Shown: positions 37,123-50,564, counted from the whole stretch's first letter. The stretch: 63,016 bases of DNA, filler included, from Chiloscyllium plagiosum (GCF_004010195.1; 3 parts of one record of this genome joined end to end with filler, not necessarily neighbours in it), one strand, 5' to 3'. Program-made: numbers and translations. The notes: a model not told the origin generated them from the sequence alone.

Positions 37123-38104
37123 ATCGAATTTTGAGAAGATTTGTAGCTCAGGTTGAGGTTCTGAATGTTGGTTTGCTTGCTGAGCTGGAAGGGTCATTTT
37201 TAGACGTTTCATCACCATACTGGGTAACATCTTCAGTGAGCGTCTGGACAAAGCATTGCTGATGATTCCTGCTTTCTTTTTTATGTGTTTGGGTTTCTTT
37301 GGGTTGGTGATGTCATTTCTTGTGATGATGTCAATTCTTGTTCTTTTTCTCGGGGTGGTAAATTGCGTCCAAGTCAATGTGTTTGTTGAATTTTGTAAAT
37401 GACATTAGTTTTGCTTATTGTCTGTATAGGGTCTTTCAAGTTCATTAGCAGTTGTTTTAGTGTGTTGGTGGGTTTGTGGGCTACCACGTGCCAAGGGGTC
37501 TGAGTAGTCCGGCAGTCATTTCAGAGATGTCTTTGATGTAGGGGAGAGTGGCTAGGGTTTCTGGATGTGTTTTGTCTGCTTGTTTGGGTTTGTTGCTGAG
37601 AAATCTGAAAGACCCCACATAGACAACAAGCAAAACTAATGTCAATTACAAAATATCGTGCAAGGACTGTAACAAACACTACATTGGGCAAAGAGGTAGA
37701 AAACTAGTCACCAGGATACATGAACATCAACTAGCCACAAAACGACAATACCCTCTCTCACTAATATCCTTACATATAGATGAGGAAGGACACCACTTCA
37801 ACTGGTACAACACATCCATCCTAGGGCAAGCCAAATAGAGACATGCACGAGAATTCCTAGATGCATAGCATTCCAATCAGAACTCATCAACAAACACGTT
37901 GACTTGGACCCGATTTACCACTCCCTGAGAAAAAGAACAGAAAATGACATCACCACAGGAAATGATATCACCAACCCAAATAAACCCAAACATATAAGTA
38001 GGAAGCAGGAATCATCAGCAATGCTTCATCCGGAGTCTCACTGAAGATGTTACTTAGTATGGTGACAAAATGTCTGAAAATGAACCTTTCATCTCAACCT
38101 ACAT
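37123..38104. mobile_element. Penelope-like element with inverted structure (minus arm ~37123-37605, plus arm ~37605-38104 with GIY-YIG)
   Basis: NYKISCKDCNKHYIGQRGRKLVTRIHEHQLA GIY-YIG-like motif; the two arms share inverted homologous sequence. Confidence 0.85.
37200..37240 (-). ncRNA. Hammerhead ribozyme motif of a second PLE family; mutated partner at 38041-38075 (+)
   Basis: Minus strand: ctca-CTGAAGA-t-GTTACC-cagtat-GGTGAT-GAAAC-GTC-t; 6-bp stem II. Confidence 0.72.
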
Positions 38105-38727
38105 CCTACGCCCTCTTGTTCTGGACTCCCCCACCGCAAGGAAGAGACCTTGTCTATTTATCCTATCCATGCCCCTCATGATTTTATAAACCTCTATAAA
38201 ATCACCCCACAGCCTCCGACGCTCCAGGGAAAACAGCCCCAGCCTGTTCAACCTCTCCCTCTAACTCAAATCCTCCATCTCTGGCAACATCCTTGTAAAT
38301 CTTTTCTGAACCCTTTCAAGTTTCACATCTTTCCAATAGGAAGGAGACCAGAATTGCGCGCAATATTCCAAAAATGGCTTAACCAATATCCTGTACAAAA
38401 ACAACATGACCTCGCAACACCTGTACTCAATATTTTGACCAATAAAGGAAAGCATACCAAACGCCTTCTTCACTATCCTAACTACCTGCGACTCCACTTT
38501 CAAGGAGCTATGAACCTGCACTCCAAGGTCTCTATTCAGTAACAGTCCCTTGGACCTTACCATGAAGTGTATAAGTCCTGCTAAGATTTGCTTTCCCAAA
38601 TGTAGCTCCTCGCATTTATCTAAATTAAACTCCATCTGCCACTCAGCCCATTGGCCCATCTGATCAAGATCCCATTGTAATCTGAGGTAACCTTCTTCAC
38701 TGTCCACTACACCTCCAATTTTGGTAT

Positions 38728-39192
38728 CATAGAACATAGAACATAGAACAATACAGCACAGAACAGGCCCTTCGGCCCACGATGTTGTGCCGAACATTTG
38801 TCCTAGCTTAAGCACCCATCCATGTACCTATCCAATTGCTGCTTAAAGGTCACCAAAGATTCTGACTCTACCACTCCCACAGGCAGCGCTTTCCATGCCC
38901 CCACCACTCTCTGGGTAAAGAACTCACCCCTGACATCTCCCCTATACCTTCCACCCTTCACCTTAAATTTATGTCCCCTTGTAACACTCTGTTGTACCCG
39001 GGGAAAAAGTTTCTGACTGTCTACTCTATCTATTCCTCTGATCATCTTATAAACCTCTATCAAGTCACCCCTCATCCTTCGCCGTTCCAATGAGAAAAGG
39101 CCTAGCGCACTCAACCTATCCTCGTACGACCTATTCTCCATTCCAGGCAACATCCTGGTAAATCTTCTCTGCACCCTCTCCAAAGCTTCCAC
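38728..39192 (-). mobile_element. Young 5'-truncated CR1 with (TTCTATG)n tail
   Basis: Intact ORF 38803-39192 and catagaa repeats at the 3' end. Confidence 0.88.
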
Positions 39193-39217
39193 AAGCCATC
39201 TGCAATCTTACTAACTA

Positions 39218-39884
39218 CAGGGGAACTTCGATTATCCGAACGAGATGGGCGGGCACTATTTCGTTCGGATAAATGATTATTCGGTTAATCAATTAAATGC
39301 CTTTCCTCTGGGGCTCAGAGTTTTAAAAGTCTGCTCCCCGTTCAGGAGACTGCAGCAGCACACAGCGCTCAAGACCCTGCCCCCCCCCCCCCCAACCGTG
39401 CCCCCGTCCAACAGTGCCCACCCAACCCCGACCAACACCACCCCCCAATCCCGTCCAACCTTGATCCCCACTCCCACCCCCTTTCTGGGACAGCCAGACT
39501 GGACACCAACAGCAAGACTGCTGCTTCTGCTGCTGCCTTTGTGGGGTAAGTCTCCAAATAGCACACGCACACACACAAACAACTGTTTACTGCAACTTTT
39601 TGACAGGTTCCATGTTTGCCCTGTGCAGGACAACGGTAAGATTATCTGGTGGAAGGGTGGGTTTAGGGTACACCCCTCTGGAGAACTCCAGGGAAAGTGT
39701 GAGGGGGAAGAGAGAGGGCGGGAGGTCAGTCATTTGGAGACGGTGCCTGTTTAATCACTAAACAAATGATGCGATCACTGTTAGAAACATGTCTTTGATG
39801 TAATGTTTCTATTGGGACCTCAAGATCTCCTTCGGATAATCCAATTTTTGAATAATTGGCATTCGGATAATCGAGGTTCCTTTG
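39218..39884. mobile_element. Non-autonomous Tc1/mariner-pogo (Tigger-like) DNA transposon
   Basis: 23-bp TIRs CAGGGGAACTTCGATTATCCGAA and CAAAGGAACCTCGATTATCCGAA (3 mismatches), flanked by TA at 39216-17 and 39885-86. Confidence 0.85.
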
Positions 39885-40644
39885 TATACATCTTATATAA
39901 ATGATTTGGATGTGAGCATAAATGATGAAGAAGGTGGACATAGCACTGATCATGGTGGCATTCCACTGGTCACAGGCCTCCAGTCTGAAAAACAACCCTC
40001 CACCACCACCCTGTCTTCTACTTTTGAGCCACTGTGGGAGCAAATCCACTTCCCTGTCCACCCACAGCATGACCACAAAGGACATCATTCCTTATGTCTG
40101 CCTAAGCCACAACTGAAACTACCCAGAGTGCCTCAGCCTTGACCAAACAGCTTAACTAAGACACTAGGCAGCAAACAGGAGATGAGGCAAGCCACTTCCA
40201 GACTGGGGAATACACTTACCAAGACAGCCTGACAATACACTTCTTAGCACTCAGCAAGCACAACTGTTCCTGAACCCCTAAGGGCAGCCTTGCTCCTCAT
40301 ACTGGAACTCTACAAAGCACTGAAAGGCACCAAGGTACCTTGCTTGTAGACTAACCGCAATGGAAATCCATTGATGCCAGAATGAGAAAGATTAGCACCT
40401 CTCACAGACGAACGGAATCTTCTAACTCAATTATGGACTGATTGTGCTACCGGACAGCTGATTATCCTCCCATTATGTTTTACTCTTGATTGTACTATAA
40501 TTCACACATTACCTGCATAAAACTGCCTGTGCCCACTGCTTGAGGAAGAGAACCCATGGTATACTTGCACAGACCATTCAGTTCTGTGTCGGTCTAGTAA
40601 ATTTCTCTTACAGCCATATCACTTGTAATAACAGTTTGTCAATT

Positions 40645-43600
40645 TCACCCAATCTGCGCTTGTGTGGTCTCTTTAACTGGGTAATTTCTCAGAAAGCCAG
40701 TTCTGTAGGTTGGTAAGTGGGGCCCAAATCGATGTGTTTGTTGATGGAATTCTGGTTTGAATGCCAAGCCTCTAGGAATTCCTATGCTTGTCTTGTTTAG
40801 ACTGTCAGAAATGGATGTAATCGGTGTTGGTTTACCCTGGTGGAGATTTGCTGCCTGTCTTTCCAATGTAGCGTTTGTGACAGTTCTTGTAGAATATCTT
40901 GTAAATGACATTCATTTTGTCAGTTGTTGCTGCAGAGTCCTTTCGGTTCATCAGTAGCTGTTTCAGTGTGTTGATAGGTTTGTGGGCTATCATGATGCCA
41001 AAGGGTTGGAGTAGTCTGGTAGTCATTTCAGAGATGTCTTTGATGTATGGTAATGTGGCTAGAGTTTGAGTATGCTGTGTAGGAGTTTTCTTCTGCTGCT
41101 CGTAGATCCTGGATGCTGTGGTGTGGCCCATTTAAATCATGTCCTGATGCAGCTCTGTTTGTGGGTGTTGGGATGATTGCTCCTGTAGTTGAGTCTGTGT
41201 TGCTTTCCTGTGGACACTGGTTTGCAGTTCTCCATTGACTGTTCTTTCCACTGTGTCTACTAGGAAGGGGAGTCTGTTGTTGTTGTTGTTCTCTTCCTCT
41301 TTGGTGAATTTTATGCCATTTACCAGCCTCTAAGGAAAAGAATGGGAATTGCTATCACCCACCTTAACAGACTAAGACAAACGAACAAAATACCAGTGCT
41401 TCACCGGAGACTCACTGATTACCTAATATGTGAACCACAGACCTTCTCAAAAATTGCTAACACCTATGGATGCATAACACAAACTCACCTGAAGATGGGA
41501 AACCAACACCATCCAACTAAGCACCACCCACAAACAACTATTTCCTAGATGAATGCCTTCGTATAAACCTCTATAAAATCACCCCACAGCCTCCGACGCT
41601 CCAGGGAAAACAGCCCCAGCCTGTTCAACCTCTCCCTCTAACTCAAATCCTCCATCTCTGGCAACATCCTTGTAAATCTTTTCTGAACCCTTTCAAGTTT
41701 CACATCTTTCCAATAGGAGGGAGACCAGAATTGCGCGCAATATTCCAAAAATGGCTTAACCAATATCCTGTACAAAAACAACATGACCTCGCAACACCTG
41801 TACTCAATATTTTGACCAATAAAGGAAAGCATACCAAACGCCTTCTTCTGGATGTGTTTTGTTTGCTTGTTTGGGTTTGTTGCTGAGAAATCTGAAAGAC
41901 CCCACATAGACAACAAGCAAAACTAATGTCAATTACAAAATATCGTGCAAGGACTGTAACAAACACTACATTGGGCAAAGAGTAGTGTTTGCCCAACTAC
42001 AACAGAAAATTGTGCACCAAAACATTTTGTATACCAATGCAACTGACCAGGAATGGACAAGCACATTCGAACAAGCCATCAGCATCAAACAACAGACCAA
42101 GAAAAAGAAAAAAAAACACTATCCCAACAAGAAAACCTGGACAAGCTCACAAAAGAACACAGACAATTCAAAAGCCTGGATTAAGAACCTGTTGGATCAA
42201 CCACTAACAGACATGGAAAAAGCCATCCCAGTAAGGAGGGATGAACTACAACCACAGAGACAAGCAGAAAAATAAAGTTACTTTCAAGCAGCATTGGAAT
42301 TAACCCTGAAAGGCTACAGAAGCATGGGAGAAACCCAGCAGACCACCTGACAGACAGTAGCACCAACACTAGGCAGGAAGAGGAGAACACCCCTTCAATA
42401 CACAGGCAAGCCCTAGAACTCAGGAAAGACAAATATTGTAATCATACCTGCACAGAGTGCATGACCATCATCCTAAACAGAACATAATACATTGAAAAGG
42501 TGACATCACTGCTCAGAAACTGACATCTACTAACAGGTGGCTATAGACCAGACTCCACAGCTAGAAAACCGTCTCACAGCACAACTGAAGAAACTCCATA
42601 AGTCAGGCAAAATTAACAAGACAGATCTTCAAAGAATGAAACCTGATAGATCCAACACACCCCACTTCTACAGATTACCCAAGGTACATAAACCAGGGGG
42701 GCCCCATAGACCCATAGTCTCACTCCCTGGCATACCAACATACAGACCAGCAAAAGAACTTCTGTATACTGAAAATACCTAGAAGACTCATGACATCCAT
42801 CCAAGAATTCCTGAACACCAAAGGCACCAAGATAGAAGAGGACAATGTAGTGGTCTCCTTTGACATAACAGCTTTATTCACTTCAAATTAACATCAGCCT
42901 GGCCAAAGAAACACTGACCTCACTACTAGACAAACCAAGGAGACAGAACACCAGACAGTACCAACTATCAGCAAGGACAGCATCAAACTCGTAGATTTGT
43001 GCCTCACTACCCACTTCACCTTCAACAAGGCCTACAAAGAAATCAACAGGACATCCATGGAATCACCAGTATCAGGATTCTTAGCAGAAGCAGTAATGCA
43101 GAGACCTGAACAAAAGTCCTCCCATGATCCAACCCAAGCTTTGGGTCCACTATGTGGATGACACCTTTGTCATCACAAAACAGAGGAAACCTACAGTATC
43201 ATCCAACACCATCCTTTACTGACAAAAATTTCAAAAAAGGAAGAGAACAACAACAAACTCCCCTTCCTAGATGACAGTGGAATGAACAGTCAATGGAGAA
43301 CTGCAGGCCACCCTCTACAGGAAAGCAACAGACCAGATAGTTAACTACAGGAGCAATCATCCCAACACCCACAAACGGAGCTGCATCAGGACATTTAAAA
43401 ACAGGCTATATCACACTGCAGCACCCAGGAACTAGGAGTAGAAAATACCTATACAGTGTATTCAAGAACAGGTACCTGATAAACAAACAAACCAGTCTGT
43501 CAATTCTTAAAACAGCTCTAGCCACACTACCATAAAGACATTGATGACTACCAGAGTACTCCAACCCTTTGGCATCATGCTAGCCCACAAACCTACCAAA

Positions 43601-44112
43601 ACATTAAACAGCTGATGAACCTGAAGGATCCTGTAGCAACAACCAGCAAAATGAATGTCATTTACAAAATACCCTGCAAGGACTGCAACAAACACTACAT
43701 TGGACAGACAGGCAGGAGACTAACCACCAAAAGGCATGACCAGTTATCAGTTATCCTTACACACAGATGAAGGAGGACACCACTTTGACTGGGACAACAC
43801 ATCCATTCTCGGTCAGGTTAAACAAGAGATAAGCACAAGAATTCCTGTAGGTCTGGCATTCAAACCAGAGCTCTATCAATAAACACATTAATTTGGATCT
43901 CACTTACCAACCTCTAAGAAAAAGAACCAGAAATGACATCACCCACCTTAACAGACCAAGACAAATAGCAAGCGGGACAGAACACCAGTGCTTCCTCGGA
44001 GGCTCACTGATGTTACCTAGCATGATGACTCAACATCTGAGAACATACCTACCAGCTCAATGAGCAAACTTACTACCTATCAACCTGCTACAAAATCTTC
44101 TCAAAAATCGCA
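40645..44112. mobile_element. Penelope-like element complex: inverted arm ~40645-41330 (-) and long decayed RT plus GIY-YIG copy ~41985-44112 (+)
   Basis: FYRLPKVHKPG.P.RPIVS, VSFDITALF, WVHYVDDTFV, LPFLD, NVIYKIPCKDCNKHYIGQTGR. Confidence 0.88.
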
Positions 44113-45027
44113 AAGGTGTATAGGTAACCACATTGTCTACAAGAGATGAGCAGAAATAGGGTCATTGGGTCTTTATTCTAGTCCCACTCCAACCTGTTCG
44201 CACTGCTTTCCTTGTTATACTAAAGGCTGAACACCAATGCTGCTTCCTGCTAGGATTGCAAAAAAAAAGAAATTTAAAGCTTTCAATTTCCATCCTTCTC
44301 ATCTTCACCTGGTCCATCAGGTTCTTCCCTTTCTTGATTTAATTGTTCCCATTTCTGAGAAAGTGTGTGCACAAATATCCATTACAAATCTACTGTGTCT
44401 TCACAAATAATCAGACAGATTCAAGTCCAACTGTGACAGTGGTAGCATTTTAATTCAACGTCTAATGATGACCACAAAACTAGAGTCTTTTTGCACAGGT
44501 TTGCTCAAAATGAAGCACCATTTCTTAGTATTAACACCTACTTTTATATCATTTCGGTATTACCATTTGCTCTTAAACACTTTTACCATCTGTTTTACTT
44601 GTTCCTCATCCCCACTTTTATCATTACAGCATAAAACAAATCATTTTCCAGCCAATCAGTTGAAATTTTAAGACTTGAAATGTTAACATTCTCCATATGG
44701 ATGTTGTGACACCTGCTGAGTTTCTCTAGCACTTTGTCTTTTTAATACTCATTCCACAGTCAGTCAGTTACATGGTCAACTTGTTTCACTAGATGCTTCT
44801 CCATTTCAATCTACTCAGATTTGTGACTGCCCAAAGTCAGGACAAATGTGTGCGCAACCCAAAACTATGAATGACCAACTGGATAATTTATTGTCATGTA
44901 TATTTTACAGTGAATACATGTAAAATTGTGAAAAGCTTCAACTGGGTTCACCACTATCTAGCACCATTTTGAAATACTTATGATTCAATGAAATGAGAAA
45001 AAACAAGCCAATGTAAGCAATTAAAGT

Positions 45028-45912
45028 TTTATTGTACAGCTGCAGATTTACAAAAAAATAGAAATATTAAAAATGCTAAGTTCAACAATTTGTATTCTAA
45101 TAGCAAATCATTTCAAATGTCTACAATATCTAAGTGGAGTCTAGATACATGCACAACAAATTGCTATAAATACAAAATAAAATCAGTACAAAAGAGTGTA
45201 TTACAGTCTTCCATTAGGAAATTAGACATATGTCAGTGGATTACTTTTATGCAGATCTCTTAAATCGCAAACAGCGACAGTATTTTAAAATTCACAAGTC
45301 AAACATTTCCAAGATTTAAAACGTATTAACTTTATTCAATGTCAAATGGGAAACTGTTGCAATTTGCAGCCATTCCATTTGATTTCCATCAAGATAACTG
45401 ACTCTGCTCCAAGAATAAAACACTGAAAACATAACAATGGAGTAATCTAACAACTACTGGTCAGAAATAGTCTTAATTCTCATATTCCCACCTCCATAGA
45501 AATAGAAAAGGCTCAAATCTGTAATCTCAACTCCAATCACATGCCTCAATTGTTGAGATAGCCATATGTCAAAGACATTCAGGGGAGTGGGGGGGGGGGG
45601 GGGGGGGGGGGGGAAAGAGGAGAGAGGAGGACAGAAGGGAGTCAACTTAACTCAAGTAAATTATTTTGAGGAAAATGTTGAACTTCAACATTGGATTTTA
45701 GACACTGTCTTGCCCACTGCACTCTGTCAAAGGTAAAAAAGCAATTACATTAATGGATTTGCCAGACTGCACATTACAGACAAATCCACACAAAGTGGCA
45801 TACAATATGGGCAAAGCAAAATACAATAAACTCCTTAAAAGGTTCTGAGATCACCACAGCATTTGTAGACCTGGTTCATCAAGATAATATTCTCAACAGC
45901 AAGTAGCTTCCT
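45028..45912 (-). other. SLBP: SLBP 3' UTR with candidate AATAAA signals at 45331-45336 and 45028-45033
   Basis: Unique AT-rich sequence downstream of the stop codon; tttatt on the plus strand. Confidence 0.55.
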
Positions 45913-46023
45913 TTAGTTTAGCCAAGAACCAGCTTCATTGGTTTCAGCTAGACAAGCTTGCAAATCAAACTCCTTGCCCACATGAGGGTAGACAAATTCC
46001 CTGGTTGGAGTCGAGGATGATAT
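45913..46023 (-). CDS. SLBP: SLBP last coding exon: ISSSTPTREFVYPHVGKEFDLQACLAETNEAGSWLN*
   Basis: ttttgtttttag acceptor, phase 0; TPT and EFDL.ACL match the vertebrate SLBP C-terminus. Confidence 0.9.
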   Translation of the reverse strand: MSSSTPTREFVYPHVGKEFDLQACLAETNEAGSWLN

Positions 46024-46479
46024 CTAAAAACAAAACATGAAGTCATTTGCTGGAAATGTAATTTGATACTGTAACTTCAGAGGAAAAAACAAGATTTCTC
46101 ACCAACACCACATACTGGGCTATGTCAGAGATCTGTAAAAACATTGCCCAACCCATCTCCCATATCATTCCTTATTCCCCTCATCTTTAGGCATTAAGGG
46201 GCAGGCTGAATCAAATTTGTGAAGACCTCACCACAACTGAGACTCTGGCAAAGAAATGTAATTTTTTTCAAAATGGATGCAAACCAGCAGAGCAACTGCT
46301 ATGTGCAAGTTTTTGATGGAATCATTGGGGGTGGGGTTGACCTAAAATAACTAGTTCATAAACAAGTAAAAATTCTCAGTTTCTGCACAAAGCTTCTAAA
46401 AGTTGCTGATCAGAGTCTTGAATGCATGAGCAGCACTTGTTTTAAAGAATAAAAGGTTATTACAGTTCACAAAAAGGTG

Positions 46480-48050
46480 GTGTTCAGTTCATTATGTCTG
46501 CACTGGTTCTTGAAAGCTTCAAATTGGAGCTAAGTTCCTGCCTTTCTCCACAACCCTGTACACTGCTTTTATTTAAACCATCTAATGCCTTTTTGAATGC
46601 CTTAACTGAACCAGTTCCCATCAGACTTCAGGCATTGCATTCAAGATCTGCACTACCCCGAACTTCTTTTTCTGCTTTCACTTCACATCTATTTCCTTGG
46701 CAAAACAAACTGCATGCTGTGGTTCTTGGTCATTTTACAAGTGGGAACCAGTTTTTATCTCCTTCCCTCAAGCCTTCCTGATATCTACTATCTAGATCAC
46801 GATTCTGAAATCAATTCTCCTTTCAGCCTTCTGATCTCCACACAAAATAGTCCCAACCTCTCCAATCTATCTTCCTAACGGATGTATCTCATCACTGGAA
46901 CAATTCTTAAGCCTCTTCTGCACACGCTCCAATTTATTCACATCCTTCTCTAATGTAGCACTAGGTATTGTGTAAAACTCAATGGGTCTAACCTCCCTGC
47001 TCTTGGACTCTATGCCCTCATTAATGGAGCAGAGAATGCTGTATTCTCTTTTTAAAACCACTATTTGATCTCCCAAATCTCTCCGCTCCTGCACATCCTT
47101 TTGAATTGTACCCCTTATTGTATACTGTCTCTCCACATTCTGCATGCCAAAGTGTGTCATCCCGCTTGTCTACATTGAATTTCATCTGTCACCTATTTGA
47201 CCATTTCAATTTGTCAGTTACTTAGAAATTCTACACAGTCTTCCTCTCAGTCTACATGCTGGCCCTGGACGCTCATTATTTCACTTTTGAAAGCCTCCCC
47301 CCTTCCAGGTGTCCCAATACACTCCATCAACTTTTGAAAATTCCTAATATCAATATTAGTCTTGGACCAGATGTATCCTTTTTCCAAAACTACTTTAAAA
47401 CTACAGAATCATGAACTCTAGTCCCAAAGAGCTCCCTCAGTAACCCTTCAGTCATTTGTCTGCCTTTTTTTCCCATTTAAGTAGTCATCAAGTTTTGTCC
47501 CTTCGCAGTCAGGCCATCTGCATACAAGATTGAGAAGGTTTTCTTGAATATACTTAAATTGCTCCCCATCCAAACCCTTTGGCAATCCCAGCCAAGTTTG
47601 GAAAGTGGCCTACCATTACAATATTATTATTGCTTTGTGATCTCGCTACATATATTTCCCCTCAATTTTCCAGTGACTATTCAGGGCCTATAGTACAACA
47701 CTAAAGTGATTGCTCCCTTCTTATTTCTCCATCCATATAGCTTCACTAGACAATCCCTCAGGAATATCTTTAGTGCTGTAATGTTATCCCCAATCAAAAA
47801 CACCACTCCCCCTCTTCCCTTAAGGAGAGAAGAGGTGGTGTGTACCCTGGAACATTGCGCTGCCATTCTGTCCCTCCCTCAGCCAGGTTTCTGTGATAGC
47901 TACGATATCCCAATCCCACATTTGCATCTATGCAGAGTTCAACTGCCTTACCGGTTAGGCCTCTTGCATTGAAATATATGCAGTTTAACTTATATCTTCC
48001 CTCGTTCCCTGCTGTGCTCTTGTCTGCCTAGTCTAACTTCCATAGACAAT
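46480..48050 (-). mobile_element. Decayed CR1 LINE in an SLBP intron; ORF1 remnant at ~48695-48875
   Basis: KLERVQKRL, GGVVFLI, KKGAITL..YYRP. Confidence 0.7.
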
Positions 48051-48695
48051 CAGGAGACAGCAAGCCAGGCAGCAACAGCAGGCGGAGAAGTCGATGTTTT
48101 GGGCGCAACTTTGCTTCAGGACTGGGGGTGTGTCTAAGGGGAGCTGCAGATAAAGAGGGTGGCGGAAGCAGATTGGTGAAGTTGGGATAAGTGAAGACGG
48201 GATAAGTGAAGACAGGGAGAGGGTACGACCTGTTTAGTCAATGGGAGGAATCAGTCTGGTAGGTGGCTGGTAAACAAAATGCAATGTTGAGTGCTCCAGG
48301 CTGTCAGCCGCCTAGGTGGAAGATGTGTTGTTCCACCAACGTGCAGTTTGGTTTGTTGTGGCAAGGATGGGGATCATGCCAGAAAGGGAGTGGGAAGGGG
48401 AATTTAGTGGGCAGTGACTGGACGGTATGGTCAGTCCCTGCAGGCCGGGCTGAGATGTTTGAACTGTTCCACAAGTTTACATTTGCTCTCCCCGATTTAG
48501 AGAAAATCACATCGGGAGCGCCTGATGCAGTAAATCTGGTTGGAAGAAAGGCTAAGTGGAGCTCAGTCTCATCTGAAAGGAAGGTTTGGGGCCCTGGATG
48601 GAGGTGAGGGGGGTGGTGGACCAGCAGGATTTGCAGCTGAAGGTTTGGGGATTGGTTGGGAGAGTAGCACAAACCAAGGACTGTTGAAGGGAACG
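48050..48695 (-). mobile_element. PLE fragment with degenerate hammerhead end
   Basis: EQHIFHLG.QP (GIY-YIG C-terminus) and terminal ccTGAAGc...cccAAAACATCgac. Confidence 0.65.
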
Positions 48696-48946
48696 GTCCT
48701 TACTTTGGCTCCCAAGTAGCTCTAGCAAATCTCCCTGCCAGGATATTGGCCCCCTCCAGTTCAGGGGCAACCCATACCTCTTGTGCAGGTCACCTCTGCC
48801 TCAGAAGAGATCCCAATGATCCAAAAATCTGAAACCTTGCCCCCTGCACCAGCTACTTAGCCACACATTCATTTGCCCTATCAATTGTATCCACATAGGA
48901 AGTTCATCACCAAGCTATCCTTTAGATTTAAGATTGATTTGTTTAC

Positions 48947-49064
48947 CTGGGGAGATGGTGCACGTGTGTTACTGGGAGTGCATCCTCTTTCATCATGGAG
49001 GCTTGTTCGACTCTCACTTGAGCTGTTCACAGATTCAGTTTCCATATCAAAGTCAAACTCTGTA
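48947..49064 (-). CDS. SLBP: SLBP exon (118 bp): (V)TEFDFDMETESVNSSSESRTSLHDERGCTPSNTRAPSPQ
   Basis: tgtctttcag acceptor and CAG|gtaaac donor; phase 2->0 links the flanking exons in frame. Confidence 0.85.
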
Positions 49065-49319
49065 CTGAAAGACATAGGAGGATTCTAAGATGCTTGCAGT
49101 TTAAGCATTTGTAACTAATGCAATATTACCATAATGCTCAACCCACCATTCCAAGTAGGCATCAACTAGAGACAAAACTTTATGCCTTATTTCACAAAAA
49201 GGTCACCATCTACAAATGGATTCTGGACAATTTATTTCAAAATCTAAACCAATAACTGTAACTGCACCCCAAAGATCTTCCATTCTAGTCAAACTGATAC
49301 CCAATAAGTTTGAACATAC

Positions 49320-49469
49320 ACTGCTTGTAAATCACTGCCTTCTTCAGCAGGTGGATCCCAAGCATGCAGTGCAATTCTCCACAACCTAATTTGCTGGTCC
49401 CAGGATCTACGACTGAATTTCTTAAACTTGTTGGGAGTCCTTGGATGAACACCTGGCTTCCGAAGATGT
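49320..49469 (-). CDS. SLBP: SLBP exon (150 bp), second half of the RNA-binding domain: [49 protein letters not shown]
   Basis: TPNK and [18 protein letters not shown] hallmarks; canonical ag/gt boundaries. Confidence 0.97.
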
Positions 49470-50564
49470 CTGAAAGAAAGAATTTACAAGTCCACAAAGA
49501 TAACTTGCTTTAAAAATGTATAAATCAACAGCATATTCCATATTCATCTAAAGTTAGCCATCAAAAGACAACCAGATAAAGTGACGCTATTATTAAACAA
49601 GACATACTGTGCGCAGTATACTATTGGAGTGTTATGAATACCTCTAATTAGTCCTCATCTTAAATGGATACATTCAGGAAAAGGCTACAATCTCTTAGAT
49701 GCACTACAAAATCACTGAATGTGTTTGTTATATTTTCTAAGGACTTTAACAGCTATTTGTTGTGAGTGTAAGGATATATACTCACGATGGGACTGAGTTT
49801 TAATCTACTGAAACAGTTTTAAACCATGATTTAATCAAAGACTTCTGCTGTGTAATGTTCTGTTTTATTCATTCATGTCGTTGTATAATGAACCACTTGA
49901 GCCAAATCAGAATAATTTCAAACTCTTCATATGCAAAGGATTTAAAAATCTGGTCAGACTGGAAGATTGTGGGGTTGAAGTTCTGAGCCCTCTTCACCTA
50001 TATGCTGTTCATTGGTAGAACCAACCTTCATTTCATATTTGACAGCACATCCAGCTTCACCACCTTCCTCAACACTTGCATTGCACATTCAAACAGACTA
50101 TCAATATCCGCTCTTGTATCTTGTCCAAACTTCGCTTCACTCAAGTCCATCATAATTATCTCCAGTTACTGTACCTTTGTCACATTCTCTCTCTGATCCT
50201 ATCAGACTTTCATCTTAGATCTTCAACATCTGGGAGGCTTTTTAATTAGACCTCAGACCAAATTGCCTCCTTTTATACCATGTTATAACATCACCTAGAT
50301 CAGTCCAGCTGTTAGTGAAGATCACACTTCCAAATCTGACTATCCCAGTCATGTCTTGACTGATTTCCCATCCTCCATACTCAATTGAAGATAAACCAAA
50401 AACAAGTTCACATCAGACTTTGCATCAGGATCCATTTACATACCAATCAATCCTAGTGCCTCAGAGTCCCCAGTCTCAAAACTGTAGTTTTGTTTGAATA
50501 CGAACACTGCTCTATTTGTCCCATCTCCAGGATTCTCAGATACTTAAACCTCAAATGGGGCATG

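Larger units (their letters stand above)
36845..40030 (-). mobile_element. Host CR1 LINE split by three younger insertions (pieces ~36845-37122, 38105-38727, 39194-39217, 39885-40030)
   Basis: The pieces are collinear with the CR1 copy at 5281-6350. Confidence 0.8.

Noticed and set aside
39245..39754. Pro-rich and Gly-rich ORFs
   Set aside because: Low-complexity interior of the MITE.
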